Shown in pieces: positions 42,524-53,142 of a stretch of 64,000 bases of DNA. Each line of letters starts with the position of its first letter. The first letter of the stretch is position 1. A program made the position numbers and the translations under genes. A model generated the notes under the pieces. The model ran no database searches and had not been told where the DNA came from. It worked only from the letters and a program-made list of their open reading frames with translations. The DNA is from an uncultured Pseudomonadota bacterium (GTDB lineage: Bacteria; Oederibacteriota; Muellerivitia; Muellerivitales; Muellerivitaceae), in contig CAWJKT010000001.1 of NCBI GenBank assembly GCA_963843375.1, positions 198,445-262,444 on the forward strand, read 5' to 3'.

Positions 42524-43663
42524 ATGGTGATTTTGTTCATGAAAAACGAGCCAAAAGTGCAAAAAAAAATAAAAGTTAATTTAGGCGATAGAGGCTATAA
42601 AATTTTTATTCAAAACAATATTTTGAATAAAAGCGGGGCAATAGTTAAGGAAATTACTCGATCTAATAAAATCGCGATATTATCAAATCCCTTTATTTTT
42701 AAAAAATATGGAAAAGGTTTAATTGAAAGCTTAAAAAAATTTGGTTTGCAAACGACTTTAATTTTTATCTCTGAGGGAGAACAGAATAAAAATGAGCGTT
42801 CTTTACTTTACATCATTAAAAATTTGGCACGAAATGGTTTTCAAAGAGATCATTGCCTCCTTGCATTGGGTGGTGGCGTAATCGGCGATTTAGGTGGGTT
42901 GGCGTCTTCGATTTATATGCGAGGAATTGATTTTATTCAATGTCCCACTACTTTTTTGTCCCAAGTTGACGCGAGCATTGGAGGTAAAACAGCGATTGAT
43001 TTTGAAGGGATTAAAAATTTAATAGGAACTTTTTACCAGCCTAAAGTAGTTTTAATCGATCCGATTGTGCTTAAAACTTTAGACAACCGCCCATTTAAAA
43101 CGGGGTTGGCCGAAGTTATTAAATATAGCGTGATCCAAGATGAGAAAATGTTTGAATTTATTGAGAACAATATTGACCTTATTTTGAAAAGAGATCCTAA
43201 AATAATTCATTATCTAATTACAAAATCCTGTGATATTAAAGCCAAAATTGTTTCTCGAGACGAAAAAGATGAAGGTCGGCGCGCCTGGCTTAATTATGGA
43301 CATACATTAGGTCACGCCCTGGAGTCTTATTACAAATACCAAGTATTAACCCATGGAGAAGCAATATCTTTTGGAATGTGGTTTGCCACTTTACTTTCAT
43401 TAAGACTCAAATTGTGTTCGGCCGATGTTTTGAAACGCCAATTTGAATTGTTTAAAAAAGTGGGATTGCTTCAAAAACTTCCATATTTTGATCCGCGAAA
43501 AGTTTATCAAAAGATGTTTTTGGACAAAAAAGTCCGAAATGGTCAAGTCCAATTTGTATTGACAAGAAAAATTGGTCTTGTTACTATTCAAAAAAATATC
43601 TCAAAATCAACGATTTTTTCTGCTTTAAATCAACTCCAGGTTGAAGCAAGTGAGTTAAAATAA
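42524..43663 (+). CDS. aroB: 3-dehydroquinate synthase
   Basis: 379 aa. Motifs: LGGGVIGDLGGLAS, GGKTAID and NYGHTLGHALE. The start may be the ATG at 42539. Confidence 0.9.
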   Translation: MVILFMKNEPKVQKKIKVNLGDRGYKIFIQNNILNKSGAIVKEITRSNKIAILSNPFIFKKYGKGLIESLKKFGLQTTLIFISEGEQNKNERSLLYIIKNLARNGFQRDHCLLALGGGVIGDLGGLASSIYMRGIDFIQCPTTFLSQVDASIGGKTAIDFEGIKNLIGTFYQPKVVLIDPIVLKTLDNRPFKTGLAEVIKYSVIQDEKMFEFIENNIDLILKRDPKIIHYLITKSCDIKAKIVSRDEKDEGRRAWLNYGHTLGHALESYYKYQVLTHGEAISFGMWFATLLSLRLKLCSADVLKRQFELFKKVGLLQKLPYFDPRKVYQKMFLDKKVRNGQVQFVLTRKIGLVTIQKNISKSTIFSALNQLQVEASELK

Positions 43664-43666
43664 TTT

Positions 43667-44963
43667 ATGGCGAAGGATATAAATACGTCCGAAATAATCG
43701 AGTTAAAAAAGAAATTAGACGAAAATCCTGACTCGCTTATTTTTGCCCCTTTGGCTGATGCTTATCGAAAGAACGGGGGGTTGGAAGAAGCCTTTAAGAT
43801 ATGCAAGAAGGGTTTAGAAAAACATCCTAACTATACAAGCGCAAGAGTTGTTTTGGGGCGAATCTATCAGGAACAGGAAAAAATAGATCAGGCCGCCAAC
43901 GAATTTAAAAAGGTTTTAGAAACGGATCCGGAAAATTTAATGGCCCATTCTCTCCTCGGGGCAATCTATGTTGCGCGAGGGAGATTGCCAGTCCGCAATC
44001 GAAGAGTATCAAAAAATATTGACCTTGAACCCTGATGATGAAGAAACTCAAGGGGCCCTCAAACAAGCAATTGAAAAAGCAGCGGAAGAACAAAAATCAA
44101 ATAATGGGCCCAAAAAAGAGTTATTGGCTTCCGAAAAAAAGAACTCTCCAAAAGAAAGTACGGCTTCGTTAACCATAGCTGAACTTTATTTAAAACAAGG
44201 TCATTTTGATAAAGCTGTTGAAGTCTTCCAAGAACTTTTAGCCAATGATCCCCAGAATTTGATGTTGCGTCAAAAATTAATGGAAGTTGTAGACCGTCAA
44301 CAAAAAGAATCTTCTGTTGATACGAGTGTATCCAAATTAAAGAAAAGTGAATTTATTCAACCGCCTGACCATAAAGAAGACGTTCTTGAGGAAAGCCGAC
44401 CAGATTTAAAACGTCCAGTGACAGCCAAAAAAAATGACGATACAAAATTTACAAGTGATGATATCTTGCAGGTGATGCGTCGTGGCGGAAAAGATGATGT
44501 TGTGGTTGAAGAAGGAAGCGATTTTGATAAACCTAAAAATAATTCAAAATTGGTTCGAGATGTTAAAGTGGGAAGTCCGGAAAAGAAGCAAGACAGTTTA
44601 TTGTCATCCGAACAGATTGAGAATTTAAAAGGAATTTTATCCGAACTTGGTTCTGTTGAAGGAATTATGAGATGCCTTTTAACAAAGGGAGACGGAATAA
44701 ATATTGTTTCTTTTGGCGAACAAACCAACAGTAGTGAACTAGGTAAAGAAACAGCCGTTATTTTTGAAAACACGAATAAATCGGTTGCCCAACTTAATCA
44801 GGGCAAATTGAATCAAGTGCTTATTACAGCAGATTCGGGACACATATTATTGGTATCATTTAAAGATTTTGTTTTAATTGTTTTAGCTAACAGCAGGATA
44901 AATCTTGGATTATTGAGGCTAGCTTTGGATTCTGCCATCAAGAAACTCGACAGAATTTTATAG
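43667..44963 (+). pseudogene. TPR-repeat protein with a Lys/Glu-rich linker and a C-terminal Roadblock/LC7 (MglB-like) domain; one frameshift
   Basis: Fragments 43667..44035 and 43968..44963 join near 43970-43985 (…AHSLLGAIY / AREGDCQSAIEEYQKILTLNPDDEE). There are three or more TPR-like repeats. The C-terminal ~115 aa (IENLKGILSELGSVEGIMRCLLTKGDGINIVSFGE…VLITADSGHILLVSFKDFVLIVLAN) have the Roadblock pattern. Confidence 0.6.
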
Positions 44964-45034
44964 TTTTCCAATAAAAAAAAAACTATATTGATCTGCCTTG
45001 ATGGATTTAAAAGAAATTCGGGCAGGATTACTTC

Positions 45035-45394
45035 ATGGATTTTAAAAAAATATTAGAAGAAACTCTTTCAAATGTTGAAGGGGCTATAGGAGCAGGATTA
45101 GTTGGAATGGATGGGATTGTTATTGACCAAATTTCACACAATTCTACTTTTGACATTAACGCAGTTGGCGCAGAGTACTCAAGCATTATTAAAAATGCAA
45201 TGCGCGCTTCCTCAAATTTCGGACTTGGAAATACCACCGAAATTTTAATCACTACTGATAAAGCAACAATGATCATGATGATGGTCGGTTTAAATTATTT
45301 CGTGACTCTTGCCATTAATCTTGACGGGAACTTAGGAAGAGGTCGGTTGGAGTTGAAGAAGGCTATTCCTAAGTTTGAAAAAGAGTTGACCTGA
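45035..45394 (+). CDS. Roadblock/LC7 domain protein (MglB-like)
   Basis: 119 aa. LSNVEGAIGAGLVGMDGIVIDQ … EILITTDKATMIMMMVGLNYFVTLAINLDGNLGRGRLELKK matches the Roadblock/LC7 fold pattern. Confidence 0.7.
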   Translation: MDFKKILEETLSNVEGAIGAGLVGMDGIVIDQISHNSTFDINAVGAEYSSIIKNAMRASSNFGLGNTTEILITTDKATMIMMMVGLNYFVTLAINLDGNLGRGRLELKKAIPKFEKELT

Positions 45395-45398
45395 TTCT

Positions 45399-46236
45399 TT
45401 GGCGCCCCAATTGAATGTTCAGCCGGCTGCACCTTTCCCAAAAATCTCAGTTTTATTTACCCTAAAAGAAATTATTAAATCTTGGTTCTGGCGATATTTT
45501 GATAATTTCTTTCATCTTGTTTTCTATAATTTTTGCTGGGTGTTTTCATGTTTTGGTTTTGGTTGGTTATTTGTGCACTTTAATTTCGGGGCCTTTTTAA
45601 AGCAGATAAGGTTCTTGGATGTTTTTTTGATTTATATATTGGAAACGATGATTTCGCTTGGTTGGGCTTACCTCGTTTTTAAAGTTTTTATTGAGGGGGA
45701 AGGAAGCTTACGGGATGTTTGGCTGGGGATCAGAAAATATATATTTAAAGCAATGGGTGTTTCAATTATTTCGGGGTTTGTTGTAGGTATTTCATTATTT
45801 AATATCCGATTTTATTTTCATCTTAATAACCCGCATCGGTTTACTGATTTTTTATTAATGGGTTTTATTGCTTGGATTTTGGCTTTTTGGATATCGAGTT
45901 CTGCATATTATTGGCCGGTATTATTTTTTCAAAATCCTCCATTTCTTAAGATCTTTTACAAATCATTCCTCCTGGTTCTTGGAAATTGGCCTCTTTCCAT
46001 TCTAACGTTATTCATTTGTTTAGCTTTTATATTGTTATTTTCAATTGTTTGGCCATTATGGTTCTTTGTTGGAGGTGTTCTTTTGTTTTCGCTTCAATGT
46101 GTTACCCTTGAAAAACAACTGTCTAATGTATAAAATAACTTATGGGAATAAACCTTTGGATGCTCTTATGGAGATATGGGACCATGAACAACAACGAGGT
46201 TGGCGTGAATTTTTTAAACCATGGGAGAATAAATGA
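45399..46236 (+). pseudogene. Polytopic membrane protein (DUF624/YesL-like), probable frameshift near the 3' end
   Basis: Track ORF 45399..46133 has about six TM helices, with WFWRYFDNFFHLVFYNFCWVF near the N-terminus. The +1 frame (46045..46236) ends with a stop that overlaps the ftsB ATG (ATGA), which suggests the true C-terminus is …KITYGNKPLDALMEIWDHEQQRGWREFFKPWENK. Confidence 0.45.
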
Positions 46237-46520
46237 AAGAGTCTAAAAAATGGATAAATGTGTCTATATGTATTGTTTCCATTTATCTTCTTTTTAGTGG
46301 CAACCGCGGTTTATGGAATCTCTATAAACTTAATCAAGAAAAAAATAGTTTGTCTAAACAAGTTTTAATATTGAAAAACCAAATTGACAACTTTCAAGTG
46401 GAGTATAAATATTTTTCAAAAAGTAGTTCGGCTTTTGAAAAACAAGCGCGAGAAGATTTGAACCTAGTGAAACCAGGAGAGTTGGTTTACAAATTTGCAA
46501 AAAAAGATGGTCAATATTAG
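46233..46520 (+). CDS. ftsB: Septum formation initiator (FtsB/DivIC family)
   Basis: 95 aa. It has a single N-terminal TM helix and a coiled coil (LYKLNQEKNSLSKQVLILKNQIDNF), then EKQAREDLNLVKPGELVYKF. Confidence 0.6.
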   Translation: MKESKKWINVSICIVSIYLLFSGNRGLWNLYKLNQEKNSLSKQVLILKNQIDNFQVEYKYFSKSSSAFEKQAREDLNLVKPGELVYKFAKKDGQY

Positions 46521-46660
46521 CTCCGAATCTTGATTGACTTCCATTCCCTTGGCCGGTATCCTGTTTTTCTTTTTAACGCATCTTGAAAAACCTTTGACTA
46601 CATTTTCAAAAGAACCAAAATTTGAATTTTTGGTTTAGAAGTGGTGATCGGGTGTTTTTC

Positions 46661-46748
46661 GCCGAGATGGCGGAACTGGCAGACGCAAGGGACTTAAAAT
46701 CCCTCGGGCCTAAAGCCCGTCCCGGTTCGATTCCGGGTCTCGGCACCA
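46661..46748 (+). tRNA. tRNA-Leu (anticodon TAA), CCA encoded
   Basis: Folded by hand: acceptor GCCGAGA/TCTCGGC, anticodon stem AGGGA/TCCCT with loop CTTAAAA, long variable arm GGGC-ctaa-GCCC, T arm CCCGG-TTCGATT-CCGGG. Confidence 0.9.
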
Positions 46749-46800
46749 TTGATTTGTTATTTTCATTTAAAAGTCCGAGCGCTTTAATGCGCCAAAAAGA

Positions 46801-46877
<77 letters not shown>

Positions 46878-46888
46878 TTGTTAATAAA

Positions 46889-46915
46889 GTCGCTCCGTAA
46901 GGAGCGGCTTTTTTA
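46889..46915 (+). terminator. Rho-independent terminator after the tRNA pair
   Basis: GTCGCTCC-gtaa-GGAGCGGC followed by TTTTTT. Confidence 0.6.
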
Positions 46916-46975
46916 ATTTAATTTTTTTAGAAGTCGAACCTCCCATTTTAAAAAAACATTTAAATTTATATCTTA

Positions 46976-47962
46976 TTGTTGAACGAATTTACGAGCTCCT
47001 GCCAATTGCAATTTAAGGACAAATTAAAATTAACCATAGAACCGCTTGAGCGTTATGAAGGATTATGTCGAGGCGCGGTGTTAAATTAGAAGACAAGTGT
47101 AAAATATTCAAAAGCCAGCTTTATTCTTTTGGTATCAAAAAAACTATCGAACAAATTCAAGGTTAGGTTAGCTTGCGTTTATCCGCTTCCATATCGCCTT
47201 GGCTTCCGTTATTAAAAGATTTTCTTTCAACTCTCATCGTTTTGGAAGAAAAGGCTGCGGAGCTTTATCACCTATCCTTTAATGGAAAAACCATGTTTCC
47301 CTTATGGATCGAGATGTTACTGTTTTGGGAGTGGAAAATAGCGGACGTTTAAAACAAAAATTGCATGATCATCTTTTAAAACAAGGTTTTCACCGTACTT
47401 TTAAAAAAAATGGCCCGGGCCAAAAAGTCAATCCGTGCTATTTTCGAGAGGATTTGGGAGTCATTCAGTTTGTTTGTCCGCAAATTCGTTTAAACCAAAA
47501 GGTTTCAACTCTGGTTTAGCGGCTCTTCCTGACAAACGATTTGCATTTCTTTTGGAAAATCCTCATTTTGTTGATGTGTCTTATCTGGGTATTCAATATG
47601 AAGTTCTTTTGCCACAAGTAGGAAGGTTTATTTTAGATAAGGGTTTACAATTGAGTAGCGGACGTTTTTTGAATCCTAACAAAATTTATGAGTCGGCACG
47701 AAACCTTTTAATTATTCTGGACTTATTGGTGGCAAATGATGATTTACAAGAAGAGACATTGAATGACTTTTTAGAAATTCGGCCCCCCGCACTCGTTAAG
47801 GAGTTTTTTAGAATTTTGAAAGAAAATGGCCCAGGATCGGTGATTTGGGATTCCGCCCAAAAATTTTATTTGGAAAGATATTCGGAATCAAGAATAGTTA
47901 CATTGACCAAGTGGTATTGGAAGTTTCTCCCCAGCGCCGCACGGTTCCTAAAAAACCAATGA
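46976..47962 (+). pseudogene. Heavily degraded gene of unknown function (possibly a nucleotidyltransferase-fold-like protein): in-frame TAG plus about three frameshifts
   Basis: Hand translation links LLNEFTSSCQLQFKDKLKLTIEPLERYEGLCRGAV / KLEDKCKIFKSQLYSFGIKKTIEQIQG*(TAG 47164-47166)VSLRLSASISPWLPLLKDFL…LYHLSFNGKTMFPLW / track ORF 47304..47519 / track ORF 47435..47962. The functional guess is weak. Confidence 0.4.
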
Positions 47963-47997
47963 AGTAATGAATCCTATGGGGTCGGTGAAATGATAGA

Positions 47998-48762
47998 ATG
48001 GATTTAATGACCTCTTCTAAGAAACATAAGGCTCCACAAACAGGACCCGTTGCGCTCGTCACGGGGGCTGCCAGCCCTTTGGGTACTGCGATTTGTTTTA
48101 AATTGGCCGAACAAGGAACCCATCTAGCTCTCCACTTTGGAAGGTCTCAGGAAAATACTTTAAAACTTCAAAGAAATTTGAAAAAATTTCGAATCGAAAC
48201 ACTTGTTTTACGTGCCAATTTCGGTAAATCGACCCAAATAGAATCGCTCATCGGACAAATTACTCAAAAATGGGGAAGATTGGATCTCTTGGTCAACAAC
48301 GCTTCACTCTTTCAACCTAGCCTTTTGACCGTTAAGAGTTGGGCAAAGTGGACAGAAATATTCCAGGTGAACGCTTTATCACCCTGTTTGCTGACAACAG
48401 CCGCATTTCCATGGCTTCGAAAAACCAATGGAAGCGTTGTAAATATAACCGATATTTACGGTGAACAGCCCATTCTCAAGAACTATCCAGGTTATTCTGT
48501 TTCCAAAGCTGCATTGATATTTCTGACAAAGTATTTAGCCTTGGAATTTTCTCCTCACGTAAGAGTAAATGCGGTTTCGCCAGGGGTTATTACTTTTCCC
48601 AAGGACTATAAGAAAATCAAGAAAAAAGAATTAATTCAAAAGACTGCCTTGCGGCGAGAAGGTACACCTGAAGAAATTGCGGATGCTGTTTTATTTTTGA
48701 CTAAAAATAAGTTTGTCACTGGACAAATTTTAAAAGTGGATGGAGGCCGATTTATTTATTGA
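47998..48762 (+). CDS. Short-chain dehydrogenase/reductase, pteridine reductase (PTR1/FolM)-like
   Basis: 254 aa. It has ALVTGAASPLGTAI (TGxxxxxG), LVNNASLFQPS (a PTR1-like NNAS-x-F/Y-x-P pattern) and the catalytic YSVSKAAL. It is convergent with folB-folK. Confidence 0.75.
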   Translation: MDLMTSSKKHKAPQTGPVALVTGAASPLGTAICFKLAEQGTHLALHFGRSQENTLKLQRNLKKFRIETLVLRANFGKSTQIESLIGQITQKWGRLDLLVNNASLFQPSLLTVKSWAKWTEIFQVNALSPCLLTTAAFPWLRKTNGSVVNITDIYGEQPILKNYPGYSVSKAALIFLTKYLALEFSPHVRVNAVSPGVITFPKDYKKIKKKELIQKTALRREGTPEEIADAVLFLTKNKFVTGQILKVDGGRFIY

Positions 48763-49648
48763 GTTGCCTAGGTGGAAAATCGGGAAAAGTGCTTGAGGGC
48801 AGTTGATGAATTTTTTGGGAAGAATCCAAAAATCTTGCCGCTAGTTCGATAAGGGGTTTTCGGATTTTTGGATGTAGAAAATTAGGATCCATTTCCAAAA
48901 GCGGAAAGAGAACAAAAGCTTTTGTTTCGATATTAGGATGGGGTAGGGTGAATTCGCGGGATTTTTGGACACGATTTCCCCAAAGAATAAGATCAATGTC
49001 TAATGATCGGGGCCCAAGGGGATTATGGGTGGGAATGCGGCCTGCTTTTGTTTCGAGAACTTCTGCCCATTTTCTAATCTCTTTTGGTAATTCCTGAGTT
49101 TCGATGGCTAAGACTAAGTTCCAAAATGGTTTCTGCCGGATAAAGCCGACCGGTGAGGTTTCGTACACGTGTGACTGCCCAAGAATAGAATATCTTTTTT
49201 CAATTTCGCTCAAAGCAAATCGAAGATTTTTCTTTGGATGAATGTTCGAGCCCAGACTTAAATATATTAATTTTGAGGTTTGGGTACGGGACGCTCCACG
49301 GTAGATTTCAACGCCGACATTTTTAGAACCTCTGACAGCGCCTGGTTTTGAAACGGACAAATAAATTTCAGGAAGCTTAAAATTATATAAAAGGGAATCT
49401 GCCAATTTTTCAGCCAAGGTTTCAATCAGCTGAAATTGACTTTTTTCGACAAAAAGAATGGCGCTTTTAGCAATCTTTTTATAATTGAAAGTAGCTGCTA
49501 TATCGTCCTGTCGGGATACTTTCCGGATATTGCAAGGGAATTTAATGTCTATTAAAACATCTTGTTTTTGTCTTCGTTCCCAATCAAATATACCAATAAT
49601 ACAACGCACCTTTAAGCCTGTCAGGACGATAAAGTCTTTTTGAAACAA
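48752..49648 (-). CDS. folBK: Bifunctional dihydroneopterin aldolase / 2-amino-4-hydroxy-6-hydroxymethyldihydropteridine pyrophosphokinase
   Basis: 298 aa. The N-terminal ~120 aa are FolB-like (GLKVRCIIGIFDWERRQKQDVLIDI…NYKKIA). The C-terminal part is HPPK-like (IYLSLGSNI…, YETSPVG, RSLDIDLILWG, LPHP). Confidence 0.85.
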   Translation of the reverse strand: MFQKDFIVLTGLKVRCIIGIFDWERRQKQDVLIDIKFPCNIRKVSRQDDIAATFNYKKIAKSAILFVEKSQFQLIETLAEKLADSLLYNFKLPEIYLSVSKPGAVRGSKNVGVEIYRGASRTQTSKLIYLSLGSNIHPKKNLRFALSEIEKRYSILGQSHVYETSPVGFIRQKPFWNLVLAIETQELPKEIRKWAEVLETKAGRIPTHNPLGPRSLDIDLILWGNRVQKSREFTLPHPNIETKAFVLFPLLEMDPNFLHPKIRKPLIELAARFLDSSQKIHQLPSSTFPDFPPRQLNK

Positions 49649-49789
49649 TTTAGGACTCCTTTAGAATCGTATTTTGATTTTATTGTAAATTAGCAATTTC
49701 GATCACTTTTTTAGAATCAATTTTTGTAAAGAAGTCACTTTTGAAAAAAATAAGTTGACGCTTAGCTCACCATTTGTTTCCATGATTTT

Positions 49790-52124
49790 ATGAGCCCAAC
49801 AAAATTGGTCATTCCTCGCCGCCCTATTCTTTTCGGTGCCCTTGGGTTTTGTTTTTTAAATATGATCCTTTTTGGAGACATTTTTTTCAAAGGGAGCGAT
49901 TTAGTATTATCGAGCTTCCCAAACCGATTTATTCCTTCATTTTGTGGCTTGGCGTCAATTCGGGTTTGACCAGTTACGGTATGGCCATCTTACTTTGTGG
50001 AATCCCTACTATCTTTGCGGGACGCCATTTTTAGGAAATTTTGAGTCCGGCCTTTTGTATCCGCCAAACTGTCTCTTTTTGATCCTCCCATTGGGCTTGG
50101 CAATCAATATTGGAATCATTCTTCACGTTTATTTTGCGGGTTTCTTTACTTATTTGTGGGCCAACTATCGGGGCCTTCATCCCCTTTCGGCTTTTGTGGC
50201 TGGGACCGTTTTCATGTTTGGCGGGGCATATTTCCTTCACTTATATGCTGGTCACTTACCTAATTTGTGCACAATGATTTGGGCGCCCCTTTTATTTTTA
50301 TCAATCGATGGTTTGGTACAGAAAGTTTCCATTAAGTGGATTCTTCTGGGCATCTTTGCCGTTGGGATGCAAATTTTAGCGGGGCACCTACAATATGTTT
50401 ATTTTACAGCAATCATTTCAAGTCTTTATCTTTTATTAAATTTGCGGGGCAATAAAAATAAATTAGAAATTATTTTAAGTTTTTTGGTTTTTTACGTTGG
50501 AGCAGCACTATTAACTGCCGCTCAATTGTGGACAGGCCTAGAAGCCATTTCGGAATGCGGTCGTAACATTCCCTTGGAATATGATACGGCAAGTTCCTTT
50601 TCTTTTCCGCCTGAAAATTTATTGACTCTTGTATTGCCAGAGTTTTTTGGAAATCTTTCGACTGTTCATTATTGGGGCCGGTGGTTTCTTTGGGAAGTAT
50701 CTTTATTTATCGGGATAACGGCTTTTTTCTTTGTCCTTTTGGCGATTTTCTCATCCGAGCCTAAAAAAAGACGATGGGCGTTAACAACGATGGTTATTGC
50801 GTTGATTTTTTCCCTGGGAGCTTTTACGCCGCTTTTTCATTTTTTGTATGATTATGTTCCCGGGTTTAATGAATTGCGCGGGATCTGCAAATTCGATTTT
50901 TTGGCCAGTTTGTTTTTGGCATTGCTTTCTGGAATCGGATTTGATTCATTGTTTAATGAAAAAACAAAGTTAAAGTGGCCAGTATTTATTGTTATTTTTT
51001 TGGGGTTTATTTTTTTTGGTTCAGAATTATTCATTCTTAATTCTATTAAAGATGGTTTAAATGGTGATTGGGGAAGATGGTTTTGTAATCTTCGCTGGTT
51101 AAAAAATTCACTCCTCCCATTGGATTTGGGAATAAAAATGCAATACGTTCAAGAATCCGGTTTCCACGCGGCTTTTAGTCTTTTGATGGGTGGGTTGACC
51201 TGTACTTTATTGGCCCTCCTGTTAACGATTCAAAAAATAGTTCCGAAATTTATTCATCTAATCGCGGTGCTGGCAATTGTTGAGTTGTTTGTCTTCGCAA
51301 GGATTAATCGGCCAACCTTTGAATTGTCCACCCTTCAAAATCGCTACGATTCGCTACGTGATTTTTATTCGAAAAACCCTGGAGATTATCGAGTTTATGG
51401 AACAGGTAGCGCTTCCTTAGTTACGGGTGGAAATGATATTTGGGAGGATGAACCGATGGTTTTAGGGCGTTATGGCCGGTTCGTTTGTAAAACCCAGGGC
51501 CTGTCGGAAAATCAATTATTTTCTGCTCTTCCGATTTTTAAAAAATTTCCTCCCATCTTGGGAATTACAAGGCTCAAATATCGAGTATTAATAAATGAAA
51601 ACCCTATTCGAATTTCTCCGTTTAATTTCAAGGTTTTGCCCCGAATGCAACTGGTAAATCGTTGGGAAGTTATTCCGGATGGACGAAAAGTTTTGGATGC
51701 AATGTTCGATCCCGCCTTCAATCCAGCCCAAAAGGTTTACTTACAGAGCGCTCCCGAACCTGCTCCGGCCAGCGTTGGGTTTGGAGGAACGGTGGAATGG
51801 AAAGATATTTCGACGGATAAAATCGAAATTAAAGCTCAAACCACTAGTTCAAGTCTCTTGTTGATCACGGACAATTACAGTTCCGGATGGAAAGCTGAAA
51901 GTCTTCCTGGAAGTGTACAGTCTGAATATCGCGTCATTCCGGGGGATTACTTTTTGCGTGTTATTCCTCTCAAGTCAGGGACGCATCATTTTATTTTAGA
52001 ATACCGGCCAACGGCATTTGAGATTGGCAAATGGGTTTCCATTCTTTCTTGTATTTTGTATTTTGGTGTGTTCTTATTCTGTTTGAGAAAAGTCTCATTA
52101 TTCCCGATTAAGGTTTTAACATGA
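49790..52124 (+). pseudogene. YfhO-like polytopic membrane protein (GT-C-type), N-terminal frameshift
   Basis: The ATG at 49790 ([48 protein letters not shown]) joins track ORF 49944..52124 after a +1 shift near 49925-49940 (…FLHFVAWRQFGFDQLRYGHLTLWNPYYLCGTPFLGN). It has more than ten TM helices and a soluble C-terminal domain. Confidence 0.65.
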
Positions 52125-52999
52125 AAATTAGAGATTTATTTGACCAAAAAAAGAGGGTGTTATCCTTTGAACTTTCCGCACCTCGCGACAACAACGTCGA
52201 TGGTCTTTTTCGAACGGTGGAAGAGTTAAAGAGATTAAAGCCGGATTATATTTCCATCACTTACGGAGCGGGGGGATCCTCGCGGGATATGACCTTTGGA
52301 ATTGCCGTTCGGTTGAAAGAAGTAGGCGCCTTGCCTCTTATGCATTTCACATGTGTTGGGCATTCTCGGTTTGAAATCAAGGATTTGCTGGATCAAGTAA
52401 AGTCTGCTGGAATTGAAAATATATTGGCTTTACGAGGTGATCCGCCCCGTGGAACGAATTCTTTCGTACCAGCGCCTGATGGTTTTAGGTATGCCAATGA
52501 ACTGATCGAGTTTATCCGATCCGAGGGTTATGATTTTTGTTTGGGGATTGCGGGTTACCCCGAAGGCCATACCGAAGCGAAAAGCCTGGAAGAAGATATT
52601 CAAAATCTTAGGCGAAAGATTGACGCAGGTGGTCAATACATCATTACTCAGCTATATTTTGACAATCGGGACTATTTCAAATATGTCGAGCGGCTCCGGA
52701 AAATGGGCATCAGTCTCCCGGTTCAACCCGGAGTCTGGCTTTTAACCGATTATGCGCAGACTCAAAGAATTTGTAATCTTTGCGGTGCTAAGATTCCAGA
52801 AGATGTCGTAAAACATTTAGAGTTGATTAAGGAAGATAAAGAAAAAGTAACCCAATTTGGGATTGAATATGCAACTCGTCAATGTGAGGAACTTTTGAAA
52901 AATGGAGCGCCAGGAATCCATTTTTATGTTTTGAATAAGAGTCACGCGGTCCAAGCTGTTCTTCAAAATTTGAAAGACAAAAATTTGATTTTTGATTGA
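52121..52999 (+). CDS. metF: Methylenetetrahydrofolate reductase
   Basis: 292 aa. Motifs: SFELSAPR, ISITYGAGGSSR, ALRGDPP and ITQLYFD. Confidence 0.9.
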   Translation: MKIRDLFDQKKRVLSFELSAPRDNNVDGLFRTVEELKRLKPDYISITYGAGGSSRDMTFGIAVRLKEVGALPLMHFTCVGHSRFEIKDLLDQVKSAGIENILALRGDPPRGTNSFVPAPDGFRYANELIEFIRSEGYDFCLGIAGYPEGHTEAKSLEEDIQNLRRKIDAGGQYIITQLYFDNRDYFKYVERLRKMGISLPVQPGVWLLTDYAQTQRICNLCGAKIPEDVVKHLELIKEDKEKVTQFGIEYATRQCEELLKNGAPGIHFYVLNKSHAVQAVLQNLKDKNLIFD

Positions 53000-53142
53000 G
53001 AGCTTAGGGAAGTGCTTTTTAATTATGATTCACTAAAATTTGATTGTTTGATCGGCCCCAACACTGAGCTTTTCCTCCTTTGAATGAAACCTTTTCGGAT
53101 ATATACTAACTTCGTGATATTAATTGATCTTGTTACACGGAG

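Noticed and set aside
46878-53100. Direct repeat of the tRNA-fMet or tRNA-Leu 3' end that would mark an integrated island
   Set aside because: I found no copy of the tRNA 3' segments (for example TCCAGCCCCCGCA) by eye downstream, and the low-GC region carries housekeeping genes. A computational repeat search is still advisable.
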